Shown: piece after piece, positions 1 through 10,818 of the stretch
How positions within the stretch are numbered: position 1 is the first letter of the stretch
Layout of the letters: the number at the start of each line of letters is the position of its first letter
Assembly (NCBI GenBank): GCA_963665665.1
Contig: OY762428.1
Coordinates: 448,001 to 512,000, forward strand
Direction of reading: 5' to 3'
Length of the DNA: 64,000 nucleotides
From: Candidatus Kapaibacterium sp.
GTDB lineage: Bacteria > Bacteroidota > Ignavibacteria > Kapaibacteriales > UBA2268
The notes under the pieces: model-generated
The model's input: only the letters and a program-made list of their open reading frames with translations
The model's database searches: none
What the model was told of the DNA's origin: nothing
Translations under genes and position numbers: made by a program

Positions 1-2156
1 CGCCGTGCTCCTGCAAATACGAGTTCATCGCCTTTTATCCTTATTATTGAAAGCTCCATGCCGTCCTGCTGGCTGCCAATTTCATCCTTCTGGTGGAGGG
101 CTTTCCTGACGAGTTCATTCAGCCTGGTTAGAATATCCCTCGGTTCAAAAATTTTATCAACCAGCACAATCTGGTTTAGCAGGTCGTAGCCGATTATCGA
201 CATAAATGCGCCCGGTACACCATGGCCCGTGCAGTCAACAACAGCTACGAATGTATATCCCCCCGCCTGGTCCACCCAGTAGAAGTCACCGGATACAACA
301 TCTTTGGGCTTATACAGAACAAAATGCTCCTTAAATATTTCATTCATTCTCTGGGGAAATGGCAGCATAGCTTTCTGAATTTTTTCCGCGTAGTTTATCG
401 AGTCGGTAATTTTCAGGTGTGCCTCGGATATTGTATGATTCTTTTCAGCAAGATCGTTGTTCAATTCCTCCAGTTCTGTGTTTGCAAGGCTTATCTGCCG
501 GTTTTTATCAGCCAGGTCATTATTCAGTGTTTCAAGTTCTATATTTGCTTCTTTGATCACCTTATTTTTTGCCGCCAGCCAGTGGTTGGATTTGCGTTTA
601 TTTCGATAAAAAAGGAACATAACTACAAGGACAAAAAAGATAAGAGCTGACAGTGCATAAAGATAATAACTCCTGGACTGCTGATATTCATTTTCTTTTT
701 CAAGTTTTTCTATCTCTTTTGCTTTAAGGTCATTTTCCCGTTTTGCTTCAAGATTGGCAATTTTTGTCAGGGTTTCCTCGTTGGAGATGGAATCCCTCAA
801 TGATATATGTTCTTTATAAGCCTCCAATGCTTTCTGATAGTCTTCGATTCCTATGTAATAGTTGGATAATGCTCTAAGATTATGAGAAATGCCTTCAATA
901 TTGTCAATCTCGCGTGATAGATCAATAGCCTTATTCGAATATTCAATTGCCTTCCGATTATTTAAAGTCTTATTTAAATTATTGGTTATACCCCGATCAT
1001 TTAATTTTTTAATTATTGAATCCTGAGATTTTTTAAAATACATACTTGCAATATTACCATACAAATATGCGATGTGCCTGCTATCATTGATTTCCTTGGC
1101 AATTTCAATCGACTTTTTATAATATTCATCAGCGATTTCGAATTCCAGCTCATCCGATGCTATCTGGGCAAGGTTATCAAGACTATGTGACATTGCAGTT
1201 TTTGCGCCTGTTTTCTCATATAGTTTCAAAGCGTCCATAAAATACTTTTTTGCCGAATCCATGTTTCCACGGTAATAATACACAGCTCCCAAATTATTTA
1301 AACATTGGGCTATCCCATTGGTAGAATTATTCTTATTAAAATTTTTCAATCCAATCTTGTAATGTTTCAGAGCTTTTGAAATATCATTCAATTCGATATA
1401 AATATTTCCGATATATAAATTAGAATTCCCTATCAATTCAGGGGCATCTATTTTCTCTGCGATAGACAAACCTTCCAGACAGTATTCAAGAGCTTTCGCA
1501 TGTTTGGATTGTCTGTACTTTGAAATCCCAATATTGCTTATAACTCTCACCATATTTATACTATCCTGTGCTTTTTTAAAATATTCCAATGCTTCAGAAT
1601 ATTGCTCAATTGATTTTTGAATTTGGTTTCTATTCGATGATGCTATTGCCAATCCGTTATATATCTTACCAAGTATTTTTGGATCCCTGTTGTATTCAAT
1701 ATTCTTCAGGGCTTGATCAAAATAATATTCAGAACTGTCGTAAATATTCTGACGGCCAAAACATATTCCAATATCACTAAAAATTATCGGGATCATATCT
1801 TCGGTATTCTTTTCCTTGGACAGGTTTAAGGTAATATTGTACAGGTTTATGGCATTTTCGAAATCAAAATTCTCTTCATAAACTGAAGCCATGGCACGGT
1901 TTGCCTTTACTATCCATTTATCGGAATTTATCTTTTCTGATAAGGAAATAGCCATTCTAATATTTTCCAAAGATTTATTCTTGTCTGACTTCATATAATA
2001 ATCAGATATACTTATCAACAGTTTTACTTTATTTGTATCTTCCTTCGCATTCGGTAATTCGGCAAGAAGAGAATCAATTTTATCCTGTCCCTGTTTTTTG
2101 GCAAAAGCAGGCGTTAACATTATTAATGCTAACAAAATGGCCAGTATGTTTTTCAT
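1..2156 (-). CDS. TPR-repeat / TM / coiled-coil / SpoIIE (PP2C-type) phosphatase receptor, copy 1 (3' end runs off the window)
   Basis: Absent from the ORF track because it has no stop in the window. Manual translation from ATG 2156 gives MKNILAILLALIMLTPAFAKKQGQDKIDSLLAELPNAKEDTNK..., with no stop across the TPR region, then the TM helix, VSGDFYW and VVDCTGHG, ending DELVFAGAR at the window edge. Confidence 0.9.
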   Translation of the reverse strand, partial: MKNILAILLALIMLTPAFAKKQGQDKIDSLLAELPNAKEDTNKVKLLISISDYYMKSDKNKSLENIRMAISLSEKINSDKWIVKANRAMASVYEENFDFENAINLYNITLNLSKEKNTEDMIPIIFSDIGICFGRQNIYDSSEYYFDQALKNIEYNRDPKILGKIYNGLAIASSNRNQIQKSIEQYSEALEYFKKAQDSINMVRVISNIGISKYRQSKHAKALEYCLEGLSIAEKIDAPELIGNSNLYIGNIYIELNDISKALKHYKIGLKNFNKNNSTNGIAQCLNNLGAVYYYRGNMDSAKKYFMDALKLYEKTGAKTAMSHSLDNLAQIASDELEFEIADEYYKKSIEIAKEINDSRHIAYLYGNIASMYFKKSQDSIIKKLNDRGITNNLNKTLNNRKAIEYSNKAIDLSREIDNIEGISHNLRALSNYYIGIEDYQKALEAYKEHISLRDSISNEETLTKIANLEAKRENDLKAKEIEKLEKENEYQQSRSYYLYALSALIFFVLVVMFLFYRNKRKSNHWLAAKNKVIKEANIELETLNNDLADKNRQISLANTELEELNNDLAEKNHTISEAHLKITDSINYAEKIQKAMLPFPQRMNEIFKEHFVLYKPKDVVSGDFYWVDQAGGYTFVAVVDCTGHGVPGAFMSIIGYDLLNQIVLVDKIFEPRDILTRLNELVRKALHQKDEIGSQQDGMELSIIRIKGDELVFAGAR

Positions 2157-2165
2157 GTAAAACCC

Positions 2166-4406
2166 TTAAAGTTTTATTCCTAAAACAGTTATATCATCCC
2201 GAAGGCTTTCTTCTGATCTGAATTCAATAAACTCACTATTCAGGGTTTCGGAAACTGAACTTAATTGTTCACTGCTTGTAAAAATAGTCCTAAGACGTTC
2301 TTTACCAAAGAATTCCTCATTCTCATTATTCTGGTCGATAATTCCATCCGAGAACATGAAGAGTTTTGTATCCCTGTTCAATTTCAGGGATTGCTGAGTA
2401 AATACCCTTTCTTTGCGAACCCTGCCGCCAATTCCAAATTTGTCACCCTTTATCTCTTCAATTTTTCCATTCATGGAATACCACAAAGGCCTTCGTGCAC
2501 CTGCAAATATAAGCTCATCGCCTTTTATCCTGGTGATAGAAAGCTCCATGCCGTCCTGCTGGCTGCCTATTTCATCCTTCTGATGAAGGGCTTTTCGGAC
2601 AAGTTCATTCAGCCTGGTTAGAATGTCCCTCGGTTCATAAATTTTATCCACCAGCACAATCTGGTTAAGCAGGTCATAGCCGATGATTGACATGAATGCA
2701 CCTGGTACGCCATGACCGGTACAGTCAACAACAGCCACAAATGTGTACCCGCCGGACTGCTCCACCCAGTAGAAGTCCCCGGAGACAACATCCTTTGGTT
2801 TATAGATTACAAAATGTTCTTTGAACATCTCGTTCAATCTTTCCGGGAAAGGCAGCATAGCCTTCTGGATTTTTTCCGCGTAATTAATCGAATCAGTAAT
2901 TTTCTGATGTGCCTCGGATATTGTATGGTTCTTGTCGGCAAGGTCATTGTTCAATTCCTCCAGTTCGGTGTTTGCAAGGCTTATCTGCCTGTTCTTATCA
3001 GCCAGGTCATTATTGAGTGTTTCAAGTTCGGTGTTAGCTTCTTTGATCACCTTATTTTTGGCAGCAAGCCATTGATTGGATTTTCGTTTATTGCGGTAAA
3101 AGAAGAACATAACAACAAGAACAACAAAGATCAGGGCAGATAGTGCATAAAGGTAATTACTTTTTGACTCCTGATACTCCTTTTCTTTCTTCAGAATTTT
3201 AATTTCCTTTGCCTTCAACTCATTTTCTCTCTTAGCTTCCAGGTTTGCAATTTTTGTCTTTGTTTCCGATGAAGAAATTGAATCTTTTAGAATTATATGC
3301 TCCTTAAAGGCTTCAAGAGCTTTTTTGTATTCACCCTTTTCAGCAAAAACAATTGATAAATACTTAAGGTATATCTGGTAACCATCTATGTTGCCAATTT
3401 CTGAATTAATATTTGCGGCTTTTTCAAAATATTCTTTTGCTTTCTTTAAGTTATTTATTTTGTTAAAACTTATATTTAATTTTTTTCCATCAAGCTGACT
3501 AAGTACCGAGTCTTGCGTTAGATTGAAATAAACTGAACCAATATTACCGAGGGCGAATGCTATGCCATTTCTATTTCCCATTTCTTCAAAATATTTTAGA
3601 GATTTATGATGATACTCAAGTGATTTATCGTACTCTAATAAAGCACTATATGTTAGTCCGATATTTAAAAAATTTATTGCACTGCCTCTTATATCTCCGA
3701 TTTCCTCATCAAGCCTAAGAGATTTATTGTAGTATTCAAGAGCTTTTTTAAAGTTTCCTTGTTCGTGATAAGTAAGTCCAATATTACCAAGAACTCTGGC
3801 AATACCTTCTTTATTCCCGATTTCTTCATCAAGCTTTAGAGCTTTGAAATAATAATCAAGTGCTTTTTCATAATTTTTTTGCTGATCAAAAACATTTCCG
3901 ATATTCGAGTAAGTTGTTGATTGACCACGTTTATTTTCCATTTCTTCAAACATCTGTAGCACTTTAAAATAATATTCAAGTGCTTTGTCGAAATTGGATT
4001 GATTATCATATATGATTCCAATATTTCCAAGATTTTTTGCAATTTCTTGTTTATTCCCAATTTCTCTCAATATTTTTAGAGCTTTTAAAAAATTATCAAG
4101 TGCTATGTTGAAATTTGATAAAACAATATTGCATCTAGCTATTGAATTCAATGACTTAGCTTCACCTTCTTTCCAGTTCAATTCTTTTGATAGTGATAGA
4201 GCCATTTCTCCATATTCTAAACCTTTTTCAGGATTTACGAAATAGTAAGAAAGAGATAATTCATTCATAGTTTTCACCTTATTGGTATCCTCCTTCGCAT
4301 TCGGCAATTCAGCAAGAAGGGAATCGATTTTTTCCTGCCCCTGTTTCTGGGCAAAAGAGGGTGTTAGCATAATAAATGCCAGTATCAGAGGTAGCACCTT
4401 TTTCAT
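2166..4406 (-). CDS. TPR-repeat / TM / SpoIIE (PP2C-type) phosphatase receptor, copy 2
   Basis: Signal peptide, TPR repeats (LGNIG..Y...ALEYY.KAL), TM helix (LYALSALIFVVLVVMFFFY), coiled coil and PP2C motifs SGDFY, DCTGHG, FSDG, DDITV. ATG 4406 is preferred over TTG 4412. Confidence 0.92.
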   Translation of the reverse strand: MKKVLPLILAFIMLTPSFAQKQGQEKIDSLLAELPNAKEDTNKVKTMNELSLSYYFVNPEKGLEYGEMALSLSKELNWKEGEAKSLNSIARCNIVLSNFNIALDNFLKALKILREIGNKQEIAKNLGNIGIIYDNQSNFDKALEYYFKVLQMFEEMENKRGQSTTYSNIGNVFDQQKNYEKALDYYFKALKLDEEIGNKEGIARVLGNIGLTYHEQGNFKKALEYYNKSLRLDEEIGDIRGSAINFLNIGLTYSALLEYDKSLEYHHKSLKYFEEMGNRNGIAFALGNIGSVYFNLTQDSVLSQLDGKKLNISFNKINNLKKAKEYFEKAANINSEIGNIDGYQIYLKYLSIVFAEKGEYKKALEAFKEHIILKDSISSSETKTKIANLEAKRENELKAKEIKILKKEKEYQESKSNYLYALSALIFVVLVVMFFFYRNKRKSNQWLAAKNKVIKEANTELETLNNDLADKNRQISLANTELEELNNDLADKNHTISEAHQKITDSINYAEKIQKAMLPFPERLNEMFKEHFVIYKPKDVVSGDFYWVEQSGGYTFVAVVDCTGHGVPGAFMSIIGYDLLNQIVLVDKIYEPRDILTRLNELVRKALHQKDEIGSQQDGMELSITRIKGDELIFAGARRPLWYSMNGKIEEIKGDKFGIGGRVRKERVFTQQSLKLNRDTKLFMFSDGIIDQNNENEEFFGKERLRTIFTSSEQLSSVSETLNSEFIEFRSEESLRDDITVLGIKL

Positions 4407-7395
4407 AAACAATCCTTAAAGTTTAAATCCAAAAACAGTTATATCATCTCGGCGCTCGGTGTTGGCCGCGAATTCATCGAATTCCTCGTTCAGCTTAGCA
4501 GAAACAGATTGAAGTTCCATACTACTTTCCAGAATACCTTTCAGCCTCGCCTTGCCGAACAGATCATCTTTCTCATTATTCTGATCTATTATCCCGTCGG
4601 AGAACATGAAGAGCTTTGTTTCTCCTGTTAATTTCATGGATTGCTGGGTAAATACCCTTTCTTTGCGAACCCTGCCGCCTATTCCAAATTTATTGCCCTT
4701 GATTTCCTCAATCTTTCCATTCGTAGAATACCACAAAGGCCTTCGTGCCCCTGCAAATATAAGTTCATCGCCTTTTATCCTTATTATTGAAAGTTCCATG
4801 CCGTCCTGCTGACTGCCTATTTCATCCTTCTGATGAAGGGCTTTTCGGACAAGTTCATTCAGCCTGTAAAGTATATCTTTGGGTTCATAAACTTTATCCA
4901 CCAGTACTATCTGGTTTAGCAGGTCGTAGCCGATTATCGACATGAAGGCGCCGGGCACGCCATGGCCGGTACAATCAACCACAGCTGCAAATGTGAAACC
5001 ACCGGACTGCTCAACCCAGTAGAAGTCACCGGATACAACATCTTTGGGCTTATACAGAACAAAATGCTCTTTAAATATTTCATTCATTCTCTCAGGAAAT
5101 GGCAGCATTGCCATCTGAATTTTTTCGGCATAATTAATTGAATCAGTGATTTTCTGGTGAGCCTCGGAAATAGTGTGGTTCTTTTCGGCAAGGTCATTGT
5201 TCAATTCCTCCAGTTCTGTGTTGGCAAGGCTTATCTGCCGATTCTTATCAGCCAGGTCATTATTCAGTGTTTCAAGTTCTATATTTGCTTCTTTGATCAC
5301 CTTATTTTTTGCCGCCAGCCAGTGGTTGGATTTGCGTTTATTTCGATAAAAAAGGAACATAACTACAAGGACAACAAAGATCAGGGCAGATAGTGCATAA
5401 AGGTAATTACTTTTTGACTCCTGATACTCCTTTTCTTTCTTCAGAATTTTAATTTCCTTTGCCTTCAACTCATTTTCTCTCTTAGCTTCCAGGTTTGCAA
5501 TTTTTGTCTTTGTTTCCGATGAAGAAATTGAATCTTTTAGAATTATATGCTCCTTAAAGGCTTCAAGAGCTTTTTTGTATTCACCCTTTTCAGCAAAAAC
5601 AATTGATAAATACTTAAGGTATATCTGGTAACCATCTATGTTGCCAATTTCTGAATTAATATTTGCGGCTTTTTCAAAATATTCTTTTGCTTTCTTTAAG
5701 TTATTTATTTTGTTAAAACTTATATTTAATTTTTTTCCATCAAGCTGACTAAGTACCGAGTCTTGCGTTAGATTGAAATAAACTGAACCAATATTACCGA
5801 GGGCGAATGCTATGCCATTTCTATTTCCCATTTCTTCAAAATATTTTAGAGATTTATGATGATACTCAAGTGATTTATCGTACTCTAATAAAGCACTATA
5901 TGTTAGTCCGATATTTAAAAAATTTATTGCACTGCCTCTTATATCTCCGATTTCCTCATCAAGCCTAAGAGATTTATTGTAGTATTCAAGAGCTTTTTTA
6001 AAGTTTCCTTGTTCGTGATAAGTAAGTCCAATATTACCAAGAACTCTGGCAATACCTTCTTTATTCCCGATTTCTTCATCAAGCTTTAGAGCTTTGAAAT
6101 AATAATCAAGTGCTTTTTCATAATTTTTTTGCTGATCAAAAACATTTCCGATATTCGAGTAAGTTGTTGATTGACCACGTTTATTTTCCATTTCTTCAAA
6201 CATCTGTAGCACTTTAAAATAATATTCAAGTGCTTTGTCGAAATTGGATTGATTATCATATATGATTCCAATATTTCCAAGATTTTTTGCAATTTCTTGT
6301 TTATTCCCAATTTCTCTCAATATTTTTAGAGCTTTTAAAAAATTATCAAGTGCTATGTTGAAATTTGATAAAACAATATTGCATCTAGCTATTGAATTCA
6401 ATGACTTAGCTTCACCTTCTTTCCAGTTCAATTCTTTTGATAGTGATAGAGCCATTTCTCCATATTCTAAACCTTTTTCAGGATTTACGAAATAGTAAGA
6501 AAGAGATAATTCATTCATAGTTTTCACCTTATTGGTATCCTCCTTCGCATTCGGCAATTCAGCAAGAAGGGAATCGATTTTTTCCTGCCCCTGTTTCTGG
6601 GCAAAAGAGGGTGTTAGCATAATAAATGCCAGTATCAGAGGTAGCACCTTTTTCATAAACAATCCTTAAAGTTTAAATCCAAAAACAGTTATATCATCTC
6701 GGCGCTCGGTGTTGGCCGCAAATTCATCGAATTCCTCGTTCAGCTTAGCAGAAACAGATTGAAGTTCCATACTACTTTCCAGAATACCTTTCAGCCTCGC
6801 CTTGCCGAACAGATCATCTTTTTCATTATTCTGATCTATTATCCCGTCGGAGAACATGAAGAGCTTTGTTTCTCCTGTTAATTTCATGGATTGCTGGGTA
6901 AATACCCTTTCTTTGCGAACCCTGCCGCCTATTCCAAATTTATTGCCCTTGATTTCCTCAATCTTTCCATTCGTAGAATACCACAAAGGCCTTCGTGCCC
7001 CGGCAAATACAAGTTCATCGCCTTTTATCCTTATTATTGAAAGTTCCATGCCGTCCTGCTGACTGCCTATTTCATCCTTCTGATGAAGGGCTTTTCGGAC
7101 AAGTTCATTCAGCCTGTAAAGTATATCCCTCGGTTCAAAAATTTTATCAACCAGTACTATCTGGTTTAGCAGGTCGTAGCCGATTATCGACATGAAGGCG
7201 CCGGGCACGCCATGGCCGGTACAATCAACCACAGCTGCAAATGTGAAACCACCGGACTGCTCAACCCAGTAGAAGTCACCGGATACAACATCTTTGGGCT
7301 TATACAGAACAAAATGCTCTTTAAATATTTCATTCATTCTCTCAGGAAATGGCAGCATTGCCATCTGAATTTTTTCGGCATAATTAATTGAATCG
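3121..7395. repeat. Direct repeat with 2250-bp period (about 3121-5145 vs 5371-7395)
   Basis: 3121-4469 reads identical to 5371-6719 (first mismatch seen at 4470/6720), then near-identical to about 5145/7395. Confidence 0.9.
4416..6656 (-). CDS. TPR-repeat / TM / SpoIIE (PP2C-type) phosphatase receptor, copy 3
   Basis: Same architecture. N-terminal half identical to copy 2; C-terminus nearly identical to copy 4. Confidence 0.92.
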   Translation of the reverse strand: MKKVLPLILAFIMLTPSFAQKQGQEKIDSLLAELPNAKEDTNKVKTMNELSLSYYFVNPEKGLEYGEMALSLSKELNWKEGEAKSLNSIARCNIVLSNFNIALDNFLKALKILREIGNKQEIAKNLGNIGIIYDNQSNFDKALEYYFKVLQMFEEMENKRGQSTTYSNIGNVFDQQKNYEKALDYYFKALKLDEEIGNKEGIARVLGNIGLTYHEQGNFKKALEYYNKSLRLDEEIGDIRGSAINFLNIGLTYSALLEYDKSLEYHHKSLKYFEEMGNRNGIAFALGNIGSVYFNLTQDSVLSQLDGKKLNISFNKINNLKKAKEYFEKAANINSEIGNIDGYQIYLKYLSIVFAEKGEYKKALEAFKEHIILKDSISSSETKTKIANLEAKRENELKAKEIKILKKEKEYQESKSNYLYALSALIFVVLVVMFLFYRNKRKSNHWLAAKNKVIKEANIELETLNNDLADKNRQISLANTELEELNNDLAEKNHTISEAHQKITDSINYAEKIQMAMLPFPERMNEIFKEHFVLYKPKDVVSGDFYWVEQSGGFTFAAVVDCTGHGVPGAFMSIIGYDLLNQIVLVDKVYEPKDILYRLNELVRKALHQKDEIGSQQDGMELSIIRIKGDELIFAGARRPLWYSTNGKIEEIKGNKFGIGGRVRKERVFTQQSMKLTGETKLFMFSDGIIDQNNEKDDLFGKARLKGILESSMELQSVSAKLNEEFDEFAANTERRDDITVFGFKL

Positions 7396-9146
7396 GTTAT
7401 CTTCTGGTGTGCCTCGGATATAGTATGGTTCTTGTCGGCAAGGTCATTGTTCAATTCCTCCAGTTCGGTGTTTGCAAGGCTTATCTGCCTGTTCTTATCA
7501 GCCAGGTCATTATTCAGTGTTTCCAGTTCAATATTTGCTTCTTTGATAACCTTATTTTTGGCAGCAAGCCATCGATTGGATTTGCGCTTGTTGCGATAAA
7601 AAAGGAACATAACTACAAGGACAACAAAGATAAGAGCTGACAGTGCATAAAGATAATAACTCCTGGATTGCTGATATTCATTTTCTTTTTCAAGTCTTTC
7701 TATCTCTTTTGCTTTAAGTTCATTTTCCCGTTTAGCTTCAAGGTTTGCAATTTTTGTCTGTGTTTCCTCGTTAAAAATAGAATCTTTAATTGTGATATGT
7801 TTTTTATATGTTTCAAGGGCTTTTTGATACTTATCATTTGCTGCATACGCATCTGAAAGTAATTTAGAATATGTTTTGGTATTTAATAAATCTCCGACTT
7901 TGATAAATAATGCAACAGATTTCTCTAAGTAATCAATTGCTTTTAATAAATAATTTTTTCGCGTATTGGATGAAATATTTTGATATTCTTTTCTTTCCAT
8001 ATTAATGGAATCCTGTGAGATAGAATAATATGCTAATCCTAATGAACCTAATGATACTGCCATATCATTTTCACTATTATATGATTCTGCCAAATGAAGA
8101 GATTTTTCCAATAACTCTATTGCTTTATAATAATTTTCCTTTTTAATATGTACAATTCCCATATTTTCATAAGCCACAAGTAAAGCATTGTTATCATTGA
8201 TTTCTAATGCCACTTCCAATAGGTTTTTAAAACTCTCCATTGCTTCATCATAATTTAATTTCTCTAAATTAATTAGCCCAATACTATTTAAAATATATGC
8301 TTCATTTTGAACATTGCCCATTTTCCTTGTTATTGGCAGAGCATGTTCAAAATACTCAAGCGCTTTAGCATTGTCATTCTTGTTTTTATAAATAATACCA
8401 ATACTGAGATCTGCTAAAACAACACCATCTAAGTCATCAATTTCTTCAAACACTTTCATGGCCTTATGAAAATAATCAATAGCTTCGTCAAAATCTGATT
8501 TGGCATCATATATTTGACCGATATTCAAAAAAATAGTGGATATGATTTGTTTATCATTCAAACTTTTGCCGATTTTGAGAGATTTCTTGTACAATTTCAT
8601 AGCTTCGTCAAATTTGTTCTGATCCTTATACACATTTGCTAAGTTAACTGATGATATTGCCAACCCTCTTTCATCACCCAATATCTTCTTCATTTCAATT
8701 GACTTTTTTGAATATTTTATTGCTTTGTCAAAATTGGATATGTTATAATAAAGCATAGACATATTGCCGTATAGTTGTGCCTTCCACCAGGTATTATCAG
8801 TCGTTTTTGCTATTTTCAAGGCCTTATCAAAATATTCAGTCGCCATATCATATTTTGATAAGAATAAATAATTAGTTGCAATAGCATTCAAGGCTCCGAT
8901 TATACCACTCTTCCATCCGATATCTTTTGCCAACTTTAACGATTTCTTACCGAACTCAATCCCCTTATCCGGATCGCTAACATTATATGCAAGAGAAATC
9001 ACAGCCAAAGTTCGAACTTTGTTTGTATCAAGTTTCATATCCGGCAATTCAGCAAGAAGGGAATCGATTTTTTCCTGCCCCTGTTTCTGGGCAAAAGAAG
9101 GTGTAAGCATAATAAATGCCAGTATCAGAGGTAGTATCTTCTTCAT
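6666..9146 (-). CDS. TPR-repeat / TM / SpoIIE (PP2C-type) phosphatase receptor, copy 4 (longer TPR region)
   Basis: 826 aa. Shares the signal peptide/N-cap and the PP2C domain with the other copies but has a divergent, longer TPR array. Confidence 0.92.
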   Translation of the reverse strand: MKKILPLILAFIMLTPSFAQKQGQEKIDSLLAELPDMKLDTNKVRTLAVISLAYNVSDPDKGIEFGKKSLKLAKDIGWKSGIIGALNAIATNYLFLSKYDMATEYFDKALKIAKTTDNTWWKAQLYGNMSMLYYNISNFDKAIKYSKKSIEMKKILGDERGLAISSVNLANVYKDQNKFDEAMKLYKKSLKIGKSLNDKQIISTIFLNIGQIYDAKSDFDEAIDYFHKAMKVFEEIDDLDGVVLADLSIGIIYKNKNDNAKALEYFEHALPITRKMGNVQNEAYILNSIGLINLEKLNYDEAMESFKNLLEVALEINDNNALLVAYENMGIVHIKKENYYKAIELLEKSLHLAESYNSENDMAVSLGSLGLAYYSISQDSINMERKEYQNISSNTRKNYLLKAIDYLEKSVALFIKVGDLLNTKTYSKLLSDAYAANDKYQKALETYKKHITIKDSIFNEETQTKIANLEAKRENELKAKEIERLEKENEYQQSRSYYLYALSALIFVVLVVMFLFYRNKRKSNRWLAAKNKVIKEANIELETLNNDLADKNRQISLANTELEELNNDLADKNHTISEAHQKITDSINYAEKIQMAMLPFPERMNEIFKEHFVLYKPKDVVSGDFYWVEQSGGFTFAAVVDCTGHGVPGAFMSIIGYDLLNQIVLVDKIFEPRDILYRLNELVRKALHQKDEIGSQQDGMELSIIRIKGDELVFAGARRPLWYSTNGKIEEIKGNKFGIGGRVRKERVFTQQSMKLTGETKLFMFSDGIIDQNNEKDDLFGKARLKGILESSMELQSVSAKLNEEFDEFAANTERRDDITVFGFKL

Positions 9147-9293
9147 GAATAATCCTTAATATTTAAACAGTTATTAAATGGCTGTTTACCCGGATCAGCA
9201 TATTGTATTTGGCGTTAAGTCTAATTCCCTGCATAAGTTTATTTAAAATAGTTATTTTTTACCGAATAACCAATTTATTATTGGATTGAAATT

Positions 9294-9325
9294 AAAAAAG
9301 CCCGGAGAGTTTTCACTTTCCGGAC
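9294..9325 (-). terminator. Intrinsic terminator after the pgk-like gene
   Basis: CCGGAAAG-loop-CTCTCCGGGC followed by a T-run on the minus strand. Confidence 0.65.
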
Positions 9326-9352
9326 TATATATAAAAAATAATATTCTAATGG

Positions 9353-10669
9353 TCAATGCAGTTTTTTGAAATTCCTTATAAGCGACTGCACCGGCTCAAG
9401 GCCATAGGGAGAATTCTCCTGGATTGCTTTAAGCACCGCTCCGCCACCTGTAAAAATACAATATTTCGGACTGTCAAGGGCAACGATATACAGGCCGGGA
9501 AGAAGTTTCTTCAATTCCTGGAGAGTATCCCCGCCTCCGTACATTTTTGTTGCCGCTTTATTATCATCAATAAGCTGATCCATGGCTACCGTTCCCTGTG
9601 TAAAATGGGGAACATAGCCCATAACGGCATTCACAAATATTGTCCGCGCCCCGAGAAATACATCCTTAACAGCCGGAAGTTCAAATGATTCAGCTCCAAT
9701 ATCCAGAACATAGTTCAGTTTCGTTCCTTCAGGCAGTTCATGAATATTATGAACCCTGTACTGGCCGTCTATCCTGCCATCCATTGTATCGGATTCGATA
9801 ATATAAGGTAGATCTACCATTTTGTGTTCGTATTTCTTCGAGAACTCCACGAATTCCTTCGCATGTGCAAGGTCATCATCACTGATGCCGTTTATTTTAA
9901 AACCGTACTTTGCGGAAAGATATGCATTATATATTACGCCTCCGAGAACAAGGTGGTCAGATTTTTCGAGCAATGCTTTTAGTGAACCTATCTTTGTATC
10001 GAATTTTGCACCTGCCACAACAGCAACAAACGGCCTTTCAGGATTCAGAACTCTTGTCAGGTTGGAAATCTCTTTCTGCATCAGAAGTCCTGCATAATCC
10101 GGCAGATGCTCACCAACCCCAACCGTTGATGCATGAGGCTGCCACGAGCCGAAAGCATCGTTAACATAAACATCCGCCAGCCCGGCAAGCTGGTAGGCAA
10201 AACGCTGTCCGAGTTCTCCTTCAGTTTCCTCGCCATAGAACCACCGGGTGTTCGGTAAATATATTCCGTCTATCTGTCCCTCCTTGAGATCACGTATCAT
10301 GTGGTTGATAGATGTTTCGATTCCCATGTATCCGAAATTTCCATTAACATGAAAATCAGGTACTTTCAGAGTAATCGACATTTTATTCTGAAGATAATCA
10401 ACTATCGGCTGAACGGATGTATGATCGGATATTTCAATATCTCCGGTTTTCTTGTTTCTCGGCCTGCCCACGTGAGACATCAGAATTAGTTTCCCGCCCT
10501 TTGCAACAATGTGGAACAAGGTTGGCAGAGTGGCATCTATCCTGTAAGGATCATGTATTTCTCCCTTTTTTACTACATTGTGGTCAACCCTTACAAGAAC
10601 AACTTTGTCCTTGAGATCAGCGTCCTGAAGACGGGGAATTTCAGGATTGTAAAGCATAATTTCTCCCAT
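9353..10669 (-). CDS. pgk: Phosphoglycerate kinase family protein (divergent paralog)
   Basis: VLVRVDHNV, SHVGRP, PNTRW, VNDAFGS, AGAKFDTKI, GGGDT, FTGGGAVL. The start may be ATG 10657 (GGGAG upstream). Confidence 0.85.
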   Translation of the reverse strand: MGEIMLYNPEIPRLQDADLKDKVVLVRVDHNVVKKGEIHDPYRIDATLPTLFHIVAKGGKLILMSHVGRPRNKKTGDIEISDHTSVQPIVDYLQNKMSITLKVPDFHVNGNFGYMGIETSINHMIRDLKEGQIDGIYLPNTRWFYGEETEGELGQRFAYQLAGLADVYVNDAFGSWQPHASTVGVGEHLPDYAGLLMQKEISNLTRVLNPERPFVAVVAGAKFDTKIGSLKALLEKSDHLVLGGVIYNAYLSAKYGFKINGISDDDLAHAKEFVEFSKKYEHKMVDLPYIIESDTMDGRIDGQYRVHNIHELPEGTKLNYVLDIGAESFELPAVKDVFLGARTIFVNAVMGYVPHFTQGTVAMDQLIDDNKAATKMYGGGDTLQELKKLLPGLYIVALDSPKYCIFTGGGAVLKAIQENSPYGLEPVQSLIRNFKKLH

Positions 10670-10818
10670 TATAAAAAACAGTTTTTCAGATATTGCTAAT
10701 AACGAATCTAATGCCTTAAAATTGATTTTAATAATAGTCGTCTTTGCCCTTGTAATTTAAATATTTTTGAATTTCTTATTTCTTGAATTAACAATTAGTA
10801 TTTTAAAAATTTAATATT

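Noticed and set aside
222-7856. Recurrent antisense and alternate-frame ORFs in the receptor array
   Set aside because: Shadows of the real minus-strand genes, repeated only because the DNA is duplicated.
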